Source: an uncultured delta proteobacterium
GTDB lineage: Bacteria > Desulfobacterota > BSN033 > UBA1163
Assembly: GCA_963708295.1 (NCBI GenBank)
Contig: CAVPSJ010000007.1
Span: 165,797 to 229,796, forward strand
Reading direction: 5' to 3'
Length of the DNA stretch: 64,000 nt
Position numbers and translations under genes: made by a program. Position 1 is the first letter of the stretch. Each line of letters begins with the position of its first letter. The notes under the pieces are model-generated. The model was not told the origin of the DNA and made no database searches. It saw nothing but the letters and a program-made list of their open reading frames with translations. Below are positions 40,821 through 49,701 of this stretch, one piece after another.

Positions 40821-41963
40821 TCAAAAATGCTCGTCCTGGGCAGGGTTCGCCGGGTCCTCTATTTGAAAACCTTTGCTCCGTCCCCATGCGCTCGTCTGCC
40901 AGCTGTCCATACGATTGGCCCTGGGAATCCACGATGGAATGGCAACCTGCAGGTAGACGGATAGGGAATAGATATAAGGTTCGTACATCTGACGAAGGTC
41001 TGAAAGTTTTTGATCGACCGCATCTCCCTCCCTGAGTTTCAGGCCTGCCTCCTTGAGAATGGCGCGCATACGAGTCAGTTCATCCGGGGGAAGACGGTCG
41101 TGTTTTGGCTTGTGGGGACGACAATCGAGGATCTGTGCGAGGTCCACGACGGTGTGGCGCGTAATTGCAAATGTCAGCTGGGCCTGGCGCTCGCAGTGGC
41201 CTTCCAGGCTGACGACGGCAAAGGCGCCGGCATCCAGGATCGCGGTCAGGGCTCCGAGCCAGGATTGATTATCGTGGTGGGAACGAAAGTAGCAGAGGGC
41301 TGGATAGGAGAGGTGGCTTTCGAGCAAATCCGCCGACCACCGCTCCCACTCGTGAAAAAGTTGACGAAGATCCTCCATCCCTCTGTCGTGACCGTGCCGG
41401 CGTAACATCTCCGTGGCCGTAGGTGGAGAACCTGCGCGGGCGTCCAGGAGGGAAATATTCACCTCGCGCCGCGAGAAAGATTGATTCAGCGCGGGGATGT
41501 AACCAATGACGAGAGCTAGGAATCCAAACCCCATTCCCGATTCGAAGGCAACCAGCCCCTTCCCGAAGGTCGCAACGGGGAGAACATCTCCCAGCCCGAG
41601 AGTAAAGAAGGTCGTCCCGCTCAGATAAAGATAGGTTGCGAAGCTCGATGTCCCTTCCGGTGTTTTGATGATCGAGCCCGATGCCCAGTGAAGCAGTCCA
41701 AAACCGATCACCAGTCCTGTCGCCCAAAAAATCAACAGCAGAGGCAAGGAAAGAGGACCATACCAGCTCAACAAGGTCTCCTGGCGCTTCCTCGAAATGA
41801 TCGAATGAACCGTGGCGGACCAAGAAAACCATGTCGATTGATAAAAAAGACGGGCAAGGCTGATGCGGCGCGTCACACGGCGGGGAAGCGCGATCGTTTC
41901 AAAGGCATCCCCTAGAACGACAAGAATAAGAACCGCACCGAGAGCGCCAACGAGGATGGACAT
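40821..41963 (-). CDS. Potassium-channel-family protein (Ion_trans_2)
   Basis: TM helices around pore helix YLSGTTFFTLGLGD; ESHLSYP.L.YFRS. Confidence 0.8.
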   Translation of the reverse strand: MSILVGALGAVLILVVLGDAFETIALPRRVTRRISLARLFYQSTWFSWSATVHSIISRKRQETLLSWYGPLSLPLLLIFWATGLVIGFGLLHWASGSIIKTPEGTSSFATYLYLSGTTFFTLGLGDVLPVATFGKGLVAFESGMGFGFLALVIGYIPALNQSFSRREVNISLLDARAGSPPTATEMLRRHGHDRGMEDLRQLFHEWERWSADLLESHLSYPALCYFRSHHDNQSWLGALTAILDAGAFAVVSLEGHCERQAQLTFAITRHTVVDLAQILDCRPHKPKHDRLPPDELTRMRAILKEAGLKLREGDAVDQKLSDLRQMYEPYIYSLSVYLQVAIPSWIPRANRMDSWQTSAWGRSKGFQIEDPANPAQDEHF

Positions 41964-42099
41964 AGGACCTCCGTGCAGGTTCCATTATACCTCAAAATCT
42001 CCGATTCTGCTAAACCTTCGGTCCGCCCATTTTTTGCCGTTCTTCTTCCCAGGCAGGATGACAATTTGGAGACCGGTCATGGACAAAACGAACCCCTCG

Positions 42100-43692
42100 C
42101 TAGCTGAAATCAAGCAAGGCGGCCCCTTTGGCCATTCCCCCGCTATCCAAGGCACCTCTCATCGAGGTGATAAGAAGCTGAAGGGATAAGTCCTGTGGAT
42201 AAATGCTCTGGGCCACCTGAAGCTTTGACAAAGCAGCCTGAATATGGCCACTCTTAAAGAGTTCCACCCCCTCTCCGATGAGAGGCTCGACTTGACGCTT
42301 GAGGTCCCGTACCTCCGGCGGGCTCTGGTCGTATACTTCGATGATACCCACGGGCGCCGAGCACCCTTTCAGGGAGGCCTCGGTGAGATATCGCAATCGG
42401 TGGCCGTGCCCCTTCGGAAGCTTACGGGCCACCTGATCCGTGATGAGCATATCTACACCCAAGGACCTGGTGACTTCTTCCAGACGCTTCGCTAAATTAA
42501 CGGCCAGGCCCAAAACGGTAGAATCCATCCGATCACGGGTGCCGATGGTTCCCAAGATGACGGGCCCCGTGTGGAGGCCGATACTGACCTGAACCGTTTG
42601 GCCAAGGGGTCGGTCCGTCTCGATATTGAACGACTCGACCACGGCCAGCACGTTCACCCCGCAAGCCACCGCCCTTTCAGCCGAGTCCTCTCCCTCAAAA
42701 ATACACAGGACGGCATCACCCAAGAACTTATCGATCACTCCCTGCCGCTCATCCACCACCCGTGTAATGCGTCCGTACAGCCGGTTCACGAAAGCCACCA
42801 ATTGACCCGGGGAGAGTCGTTCAGACAAAGCGGTAAACCCTCTGATGTCGCAGCAAAGGATCGTCACCCACTGTTGATCAGCCTCACCCAAGTGTATCGC
42901 TCCCAACCCCTTGCTGGCGATGCGGCGAAGATAAGCCGGCGGAACGAACCGCTCAAACATGTCCTTCGCCTCTCGAATCGCTTGCTCCAAAGAACGAAAA
43001 TGGAGGGCAATGGCGATGGTCAGAAAGATCGAGAGCCAAACGGAGGCAAACCACAGGACATGCTCCCCTATAAGAAAAGTCACCCCCGCGGCGAGCAGCG
43101 TATCGTTCAGCCCTCCCAGAAACCAAACCAGGAGCCCTGCGATGACAGGAATCAAGACCTGTCTCCGCTCGTTGAAACGTGCCGGCTTTGAAAGGATCAG
43201 TAAGATATACAGGATACACGCCGCGAGACAAAACAACTGAATGAGGACTCTCAGCAGCCTCGACTGGGGCCTCCAGAAATCGATCGTGATCGGGTCCGGT
43301 TCCAGAGGAAGCCCGAAGAACAACGGTCCTTTTCCCAAAAGGGCCGAAAGGGCCAGCAGGATACCTATCCCGGTCATGATCCAGGTGAGCGGGCGTGGTT
43401 TTTCGTTAAAGAGTTCAGAGAAGAACCAAAACCATGTGGCCGGTAAGAGAGCTAAGGACGCGTAAAGAATTCTGTACCCTAAGAGGACGGACTCCGGTGA
43501 TCTTTGAAGTCCCCAGAAAAACCACCCGAAGAAGGCGAAGGTTATGAAAACGTAAAAGAAGAACAGGCTCCGCAACGGCCGGTAACGATAATAAATGATA
43601 GAGATGACTAAACACAGGATAGCCAGGATGGCGTTAGCGGTTAACCCGCAGAGAGGTCCGATGCTCAAATGGGGGATGGAATCGGGTAGCAT
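42100..43692 (-). CDS. Membrane-bound class III adenylate/guanylate cyclase with multi-TM N-terminal domain
   Basis: CDIRGFT.LSE, DKFLGDA, IGLHTG, RMDSTVLG.AVNLA.RLE. Confidence 0.88.
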   Translation of the reverse strand: MLPDSIPHLSIGPLCGLTANAILAILCLVISIIYYRYRPLRSLFFFYVFITFAFFGWFFWGLQRSPESVLLGYRILYASLALLPATWFWFFSELFNEKPRPLTWIMTGIGILLALSALLGKGPLFFGLPLEPDPITIDFWRPQSRLLRVLIQLFCLAACILYILLILSKPARFNERRQVLIPVIAGLLVWFLGGLNDTLLAAGVTFLIGEHVLWFASVWLSIFLTIAIALHFRSLEQAIREAKDMFERFVPPAYLRRIASKGLGAIHLGEADQQWVTILCCDIRGFTALSERLSPGQLVAFVNRLYGRITRVVDERQGVIDKFLGDAVLCIFEGEDSAERAVACGVNVLAVVESFNIETDRPLGQTVQVSIGLHTGPVILGTIGTRDRMDSTVLGLAVNLAKRLEEVTRSLGVDMLITDQVARKLPKGHGHRLRYLTEASLKGCSAPVGIIEVYDQSPPEVRDLKRQVEPLIGEGVELFKSGHIQAALSKLQVAQSIYPQDLSLQLLITSMRGALDSGGMAKGAALLDFS

Positions 43693-43736
43693 GCTGGAGT
43701 CTCCTGGTGCCAGCGGGTTTTGTTTACATCAATAGA

Positions 43737-43765
43737 AGTCTACTAAATTGGCCCCACAGGGTCAA
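43737..43765 (-). promoter_or_regulatory. Sigma70-like promoter of the cyclase gene
   Basis: TTGACC-17 bp-TAGACT on minus strand, ~45 nt upstream of the ATG. Confidence 0.55.
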
Positions 43766-43794
43766 TAAGAAATCTATCTTGGTCCCTCAATTTG

Positions 43795-44345
43795 TGTCTG
43801 CCGGCGACCGGGGTAAATCCCCTCCGAGGCTTCATAAGGCCCACGTTCGGGGTAACCTGGATCAAAGCCCGGAACGATACTGAAACTCACCCTCCGTCCT
43901 TCAGCCCGTGCAGCCAGACTCCAAAGCGGTTGGGCCGATGAAGCCTCTTCAGGGATCCACCCGACCGCGGGTAAGAATTGCCCCGATTCCAGGAAAGGAG
44001 TTCTCGCATTGATCAGGTAACCAAGGGGCAGGACACTGAGGGGCGGGTTGGAAAAGCTTTAGGCCTGCCTGCGCGAAGCCGCTTCGGCGAAGGCAGGGCG
44101 GCCACCTTTTAAGCGATCCCGGGAAAGAGTCCCAGACCGTTGCCACGCCTTGATTCTTAATACCAAAGAGTTCCCGCGCAACATCCCATCATGGCCGCAT
44201 CCCAAAGGTCAGGGCTGGAACGTGCCCCTTGGCTCCGTCTGGGAGCCCGCGCCAAGGGGCACAATATGAATGGAAATACATTGCGCCTGCAGCAGGAGCG
44301 CCGCCCTGCGGCGGCGAACTTCCAACTCGCCCCTCTGTGTCGGTA
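43795..44345 (-). ncRNA. Candidate large structured non-coding RNA, family unassigned (ends approximate)
   Basis: No credible ORF; nested helices 44032-44053/44320-44341, 44222-44233/44251-44262, 43826-43835/43938-43947 and others; several helices need minus-strand G-U pairs; upstream TTTCCC-17-TATAAA. Confidence 0.6.
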
Positions 44346-44403
44346 ACTATTCTCTTTATAGAAGGAAAAGCCGGGGTGGGAAAGGAAATCTATCTCTGCG
44401 ATT

Positions 44404-45507
44404 TCATTTAAACTCTATAACCACGATTTCCGGGATCGTATCAATTCGCATGGGAGGCCCCCAGGTACCCGCTCCGCTGGAGGTGTAAACCAAGAGGTCG
44501 CCGAACCGCTTCAACCCGTAATCGTAACCCTGGTAGACCTTTGAGGTGATAAATCGGAAGAGGAAGACCTGACCCTGGTGAGAGTGGCCTGAGAGCTGGA
44601 GCGAAACACGCTGTTCCCTGGCCACATGAAGATTGAGAGGGGCATGCTTCAATAAAATGCTCGGCCGGAGAGGGTCGATTCCGATCTTTTGTAAGATCCT
44701 TCTGAAATCCTCTTCCCTTCTCGACCCCCTGTAACCCACCCCGATAATCTGCAAGCCATCGAGATCCACCTTCTCATTGTATAAGACATGGATCCCGGCA
44801 CGACGAACCGCCTGGAGGTAAGGGGTGTTGTCAGAAAATTCTTCGTGATTCCCGGTAACAAAATAGGTGCCGTAGGGAGCTAAGATCTTCGAAAAAGGCT
44901 CGATCCCCTTGTCCAGATCGACTGCCACTCCGTCGTAGAGGTCGCCGCCGATAAAAACGATGTCCGGGCGCAAATCTTTTACTTTGGCTGCGATACGCCT
45001 GGCAAATCCGTAGCTTCTCACCTGTCCTAAATGGGTGTCGCTTACCCAGACCGCAGTTTTTCCTTTCCAGGGGCCTGGCAAAAATGGGAGTTGAACACCG
45101 ATTCGCGTGATACGGGTCACCCCTGCGTTGATGAACCCATAGAAGCTCGCCAACAGGGCGATCCCCAGAAAAATCTCGATGATCATTCTCCGGTCCAACG
45201 GAAGGTGCAGTAATCTGGCCGAACCGTAGAAGACCCAGCAGAGAATGGATCCGAGAATGAAAAGGTAGAGAATCCCCAGCCAGGAAGCTGCCGCCGTGTA
45301 AAGACACTGTATCAGGAGATTGGAATAGCGGAAAGCAAGAAAGGAAGTCAGGACGAGGCTTATCGAGAGGAGACCCAAAACAATCTTCAAGGTCAGAAGC
45401 TTTGTCGTCCCGGCCACCCCCAAGAACCGAACCAGGGTTCTGTAAAAAAACCAGTGTCCCAAGAAGAGGATCGATTGAACGATGCTGATAAAAAGCACAA
45501 AGCGCAT
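44404..45507 (-). CDS. Membrane-anchored calcineurin-like metallophosphoesterase (YkuE-like)
   Basis: SDTHLG, GGDLYD, TGNHE, LKHAP, LSGHSHQGQ. Confidence 0.88.
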   Translation of the reverse strand: MRFVLFISIVQSILFLGHWFFYRTLVRFLGVAGTTKLLTLKIVLGLLSISLVLTSFLAFRYSNLLIQCLYTAAASWLGILYLFILGSILCWVFYGSARLLHLPLDRRMIIEIFLGIALLASFYGFINAGVTRITRIGVQLPFLPGPWKGKTAVWVSDTHLGQVRSYGFARRIAAKVKDLRPDIVFIGGDLYDGVAVDLDKGIEPFSKILAPYGTYFVTGNHEEFSDNTPYLQAVRRAGIHVLYNEKVDLDGLQIIGVGYRGSRREEDFRRILQKIGIDPLRPSILLKHAPLNLHVAREQRVSLQLSGHSHQGQVFLFRFITSKVYQGYDYGLKRFGDLLVYTSSGAGTWGPPMRIDTIPEIVVIEFK

Positions 45508-45530
45508 AAACGTTATAACGGATAAAACCC

Positions 45531-46238
45531 TTAGGGCTCTGAACCGATCTCTCGCTCTTGGCGAGGGTCACCCCTCACTACCCTTCCATCACGAAGATGA
45601 AGGGAACGGGAAGAAAAGGCGACGCTCTCAGGGTTGTGCGTCACCATGACGATGGATTGACCCTCCTCATTGAGGGATCTGAACAGTTCCATGATTTCTC
45701 TTCCAGTCTTGGAATCCAAGTTTCCGGTGGGCTCATCGGCAAGAAGGACGGGAGGCGAATTCACCAGAGCCCTCGCAATGGCCACCCTCTCCTGTTCTCC
45801 TCCGGAAAGTTGATCGGGGAGCCTCTTCCGCTTGCCTTCCAACCCCATCTTCTCCAATATCTCCACGGCCATGTTCACCTGTTCCCGGTTCGACCTTTCC
45901 GTGATCGCAAGAGGAAGCATGACATTTTCAATCACCGTGAGGTAAGGGATGAGCTGAAACGATTGGAAAATAAAACCGAGGTATTCTCTTCTGAAATCGG
46001 CAAGTTTCTCAAGGGGAAGTTGATAGATTGGGATTTCGTCCACCACGACCTCCCCTTGGGTGGGATGGTTGAGTCCTCCCAGAATGGTCAACAGAGTCGA
46101 TTTCCCCGACCCCGAAGGACCCATCACAGAAATGAACTCTCCCCGTTCAATGTTCAGGCTCACCTCGCCGAGGGCAGTCACACGTTCTTCTCCGCTCTCG
46201 TAAATCTTGCTCAGGTTCTTTATTTCGATCAGGCTCAT
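45531..46238 (-). CDS. ABC transporter ATP-binding protein (LolD/MacB type)
   Basis: GPSGSGKST, LSGGEQERVAIAR, LADEPTGNLD, VTH. Confidence 0.92.
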   Translation of the reverse strand: MSLIEIKNLSKIYESGEERVTALGEVSLNIERGEFISVMGPSGSGKSTLLTILGGLNHPTQGEVVVDEIPIYQLPLEKLADFRREYLGFIFQSFQLIPYLTVIENVMLPLAITERSNREQVNMAVEILEKMGLEGKRKRLPDQLSGGEQERVAIARALVNSPPVLLADEPTGNLDSKTGREIMELFRSLNEEGQSIVMVTHNPESVAFSSRSLHLRDGRVVRGDPRQEREIGSEP

Positions 46239-46307
46239 CTTATTTCCTAGCCTCTGAAAAGGAGAGGTCCTTGCAGATAGAGGCTCTATGCTCTACGCCC
46301 TTTGTCT

Positions 46308-47468
46308 TCAGAGTGCTCTGAGCGCCGTAGTAGGATCCATCTTGGAGGCATGCACCGCTGGATAAATGCTGGAGAGGATCCCCATCGTTACAGAAAGAAG
46401 AACCACCCCCACTGCTAAAACGGGATCAATATAGATTCCCCCACCTTTTATCCCTGTAAGGACGGGGCCCAGAAGGACGGAAACGCCGAGTCCCAGCAGG
46501 TATCCCGCTACCCCCCCGATCAACCCAACGATAAAGGCTTCCGAAAAAACGATCTTGATCACATGCGATTTCCGAAATCCAATGGCACGAAAGATCCCGA
46601 TCTCCCTTTTCCGCTCATTGACGGAGGCCATCATATTTGTGAACACGATCAGGCCGCCGATCAGAAGGACGATGACGGAGAGGCCGACAGAAAATTTCTT
46701 GAAGTGGTCCAACGCCTCCATTTTGGTCTGGAGGGTCTGTTTGATCGCGGTCACTTTGGCATGGGGTAATCCCTTCGAGATCTGACGGACGATCTCCTCA
46801 ATCGGGCAGGAGATGCAAAAGGCCGAGACTTCAATCAGACTCAGGGCCCCGGGTTTTTTCAGCGCCTCCTGCACAAAGCCCAGGTCGCCAAAGATGAGAA
46901 AGTCGTCCTGGGACCCCGTCTCTTCCAGCATCCCCGAAACTCTGACCCTTTTCCCGTTGATGGTTAAAGAGTCATTCGTACTCTTAAAAAGTTTCACAGC
47001 AATCTCATTTCCGAGAAGAATCTCGTCCCGGCTCTTGGGGATGTCCCCGTGGACTTTCCACCATTTCTTGAGCCTGACCTCTTCCTGGAAAAGCACTCCT
47101 ATAAGAAGAACTTTCTTTCCTTCGACCTCGACCACTCCGATCAATTTTGGCGAGACGGTGCTGATGTTTTCTCTCACCTCAATTTGACGAATTTTTTGAA
47201 TATCTGAGTCCTTGAGCGTCTGGGTGTCAACCGACACACCCCCAATGTTCAACCCCCCGTAAGAGAGGGAGAAGTCATCCGATCGGGGGATGACAAGGAT
47301 ATTGGCTCCAAACTCGTCAAGCTTGTTGGAGAGATCCTCATTCATCATCCGGGTGATGGAGACAAGGGCCACCACCGTCGTGATCCCAATGGTGAGGCCC
47401 AGGATGAGAAAGAGGACTTTCCCTTTTCGCCTCCTGAGGTTGTTGATCGAAATGTCTCTCAGTCTCAT
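46308..47468 (-). CDS. ABC transporter permease (FtsX/MacB type)
   Basis: FGANIL, SVNERKREIGIFRAIG, YPA..AS..P..AL; periplasmic CxxC (CISC). Confidence 0.88.
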   Translation of the reverse strand: MRLRDISINNLRRRKGKVLFLILGLTIGITTVVALVSITRMMNEDLSNKLDEFGANILVIPRSDDFSLSYGGLNIGGVSVDTQTLKDSDIQKIRQIEVRENISTVSPKLIGVVEVEGKKVLLIGVLFQEEVRLKKWWKVHGDIPKSRDEILLGNEIAVKLFKSTNDSLTINGKRVRVSGMLEETGSQDDFLIFGDLGFVQEALKKPGALSLIEVSAFCISCPIEEIVRQISKGLPHAKVTAIKQTLQTKMEALDHFKKFSVGLSVIVLLIGGLIVFTNMMASVNERKREIGIFRAIGFRKSHVIKIVFSEAFIVGLIGGVAGYLLGLGVSVLLGPVLTGIKGGGIYIDPVLAVGVVLLSVTMGILSSIYPAVHASKMDPTTALRAL

Positions 47469-47472
47469 GGAT

Positions 47473-48477
47473 TTATTTAACTTGAAAACCAAGATCCCTG
47501 ACCATCGCCAGATCGTCCTGTGCACTTCGACCCAGGGTGGTCAAATAATTTCCCAAGATCAGACCATTGGCCCCTGCAAGGAGGGCAAGGGACTGCACAT
47601 CTCTCAGATTGGCCTCGCGCCCGCCCGCGATCTTAAGGGTTCCCTTCGGCAAGATGAGTCGAAACAAAGCAATGGTCTTGATGATTTCCATGGGAGGAAT
47701 GGACTCCGAATGTTCCAGCGGGGTTCCTGGTCTTGGGTTAAGGATATTGAAGGGAATGCAGTCGATTCCGAGTTGTCTGAGGGAAAAAGCAAGCTCCAGT
47801 CGCTGTTGAGGCGATTCCCCCAGGCCAAGGATTCCGCCGCAACAGATGGAAAACCCCCGGTCCCTCAAAACCGCAATGGTTTGGAGTCGGTCCTGAAAAG
47901 AATGGGTTGTACATATCTTTGAAAAGTGGGATTGAGCCGTCTCGAGATTGTGGTTATAACGGGTGACTCCAACTCTTTTCAAAGCCTCTGCCCTGTCGGC
48001 AGTCAACGTTCCCAGAGAGCAATCGAGATCAAGGGCTGTCTCTTTTCGTATTCGATCAAGGGCACTCAGAATCGTTTCAAACTCTTTGTCGTTCAACGCC
48101 CGGCCGCTGGTGATGAGACAAAACCGGCCTGTTCCTTTCTTTTGAGCCTCTCTGGCCTCTCCTACGATTCGATTGATATCCAGGAGAGGATAAACCGGGG
48201 CCTCCGTTTTGTAGCGGCCTGATTGGGCGCAGAAAATGCAGTCCTCGGAACATCTTCCTGACTTGACATTAAGAAGCGAACAGAGATCGATCTCGTTTCC
48301 GTTGAACTCCTCTCTCACGCGGTTGGCTACTGCAGCAAGATCCAGGATGTCCGGTCCTTTTGCCTCTAAGAACGGGAGGACCTCCTTCAGACCGACATCT
48401 TCTCCTTCGAGGACTTTCTCTCCAATCTTCCGAATTTCTTTTCTCATCATCCTTTTCCTCGGCTCTTTCCGTATCAT
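47473..48477 (-). CDS. bioB: Biotin synthase
   Basis: GRCSEDCIFCAQS, YNHNLET, CCGGILGLGE, GGRE, GNYLTT; N-terminal extension in the ORF track is repeat-derived. Confidence 0.92.
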   Translation of the reverse strand: MIRKEPRKRMMRKEIRKIGEKVLEGEDVGLKEVLPFLEAKGPDILDLAAVANRVREEFNGNEIDLCSLLNVKSGRCSEDCIFCAQSGRYKTEAPVYPLLDINRIVGEAREAQKKGTGRFCLITSGRALNDKEFETILSALDRIRKETALDLDCSLGTLTADRAEALKRVGVTRYNHNLETAQSHFSKICTTHSFQDRLQTIAVLRDRGFSICCGGILGLGESPQQRLELAFSLRQLGIDCIPFNILNPRPGTPLEHSESIPPMEIIKTIALFRLILPKGTLKIAGGREANLRDVQSLALLAGANGLILGNYLTTLGRSAQDDLAMVRDLGFQVK

Positions 48478-48530
48478 TTTTTTGCGCCCCCCCTTCAGAA
48501 GAGAGTCGAACGCGTGAGCATCAAGAATGC

Positions 48531-48740
48531 AGAACCTGTTGGAAAACTCATTTTTTTCAGGCTGATCAAAAATGCCTGGATGCAAGGCGCCCGAAATCCA
48601 GAGAGTGGCGTCGCGACGGATAAGGAGCGACATCTTGCCACGCCGACGAGTTGGTGAGTCGGTCGGAGGCGTACTTGAATGTACGCTGCAACGACGAAGG
48701 ATGAGGGGAACGCCGCAGGTAGGCGTTTTTCAACAGCCTG
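48531..48740. mobile_element. MITE-like palindromic repeat with CAGGCTGTTGAAAAA-type ends
   Basis: CAGGCTGATCAAAAATGCC (48558) / GGCGTTTTTCAACAGCCTG (to 48740), extra outer end ACCTGTTGGAAAA; abuts the stop codon of the upstream gene. Confidence 0.7.
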
Positions 48741-49394
48741 TTAAGCCCTGGGTTTCCAACCGAGAATAACCCTCTCCTCAATGAGGATCCTATCCTTCTC
48801 AACCGTGCTCGGGATCACCTCGGGGGGATAATTCATACATCCCCCGCTGATTCCTTTGAGAGTCTCTAAACTCCATTCCGTATTGCAGGCGTTGCATACC
48901 AAGGCTTGATCTTGGATGTGGAAACGAGTCGACCGACACGGCTCGCACATGCTGATGGCCGTCACCACCCTACCCGCGAGAGTGACATAGGCCAGCAGGG
49001 GGACCTTCAGTCCGTTGCCCTCGTACTCAAAACGAACCATTTTTTTCTCTTTCACAAGATCAAGAGGGATGGCGATTTTTCCACCCTCAACTTTTGCCAC
49101 AATGTCGGTCATAGAAATCGTCCGCCCGGAATAATCCACCCTATCCATCACTTTCTGTTGGGAAGCGATTTTGGAGTTTGTCGTCGTTCTTGCCTCGATG
49201 ATCCAGAACGCAACGCCTCCCAACACAACCACGATGACGCCTATGGAGATGAGGCCCCAGGAGGATTTCTTCCTTTCCCCCAAAACCTTTTCTTTCTTTT
49301 CCTTGAACGCAGGGCCCGTCAGGAGAAGCCCGCATTCCTTGCAGAAATTGGTTAAATCTTCATTCTTCGTTCGGCACTCTGGACAAACTTTCAT
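48741..49394 (-). CDS. Zinc-ribbon + TM + DUF2318-like periplasmic Cys-rich (putative Fe-S) protein
   Basis: CPEC..FCKECG; CEPC..F..LVCNAC..GGC..P. Confidence 0.75.
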   Translation of the reverse strand: MKVCPECRTKNEDLTNFCKECGLLLTGPAFKEKKEKVLGERKKSSWGLISIGVIVVVLGGVAFWIIEARTTTNSKIASQQKVMDRVDYSGRTISMTDIVAKVEGGKIAIPLDLVKEKKMVRFEYEGNGLKVPLLAYVTLAGRVVTAISMCEPCRSTRFHIQDQALVCNACNTEWSLETLKGISGGCMNYPPEVIPSTVEKDRILIEERVILGWKPRA

Positions 49395-49701
49395 TCGATG
49401 ATCCTTCCTTTCTCCCCCCTGAATCTCTTCCGCTCTTTCGCTCAAGAGACGGTGTCATCATGAGATGTGTCCATAAACTAAGGTTTTAATAAAGAGGTGT
49501 CCTTCCGGCCCCGAATTTCGTCGGGACGACGTCCAGATGCCCCTGTATCGAGTACGGGGCCAGCTCCTCAAATCCGGCATGACGGACGAACATACTTTAG
49601 GGACAGACACTAATGAGCGAACCCTCTTCCGTTACAAGACGGGACCCCACCCGTATCGAGCTTCCGTTATGATGATGACCCAGTCCCCAATCAGCGGGCG
49701 A

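Noticed and set aside
44032-44341. MITE bounded by the 22-bp inverted repeat
   Set aside because: No flanking target duplication, and base pairing continues ~240 nt beyond the repeat; not fully excluded
43795-44345. RNase P, tmRNA, SRP, cobalamin or c-di-AMP riboswitch, or OLE RNA
   Set aside because: Diagnostic strings (GAGGAAAGUCC, tRNA-like ends, GGAAGG..AGCAG, B12 box) are not present; only short, unconvincing similarity to OLE. A covariance search is still required.
44831-46250. Long alternative-frame ORFs (44831-45571, 45558-46250; also 22380-23045, 42571-43191, 47290-47922)
   Set aside because: Shadow ORFs overlapping well-supported genes, with no recognisable motifs
48478-48633. N-terminal extension of BioB
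   Set aside because: Derived largely from the adjacent repeat element; homology begins downstream
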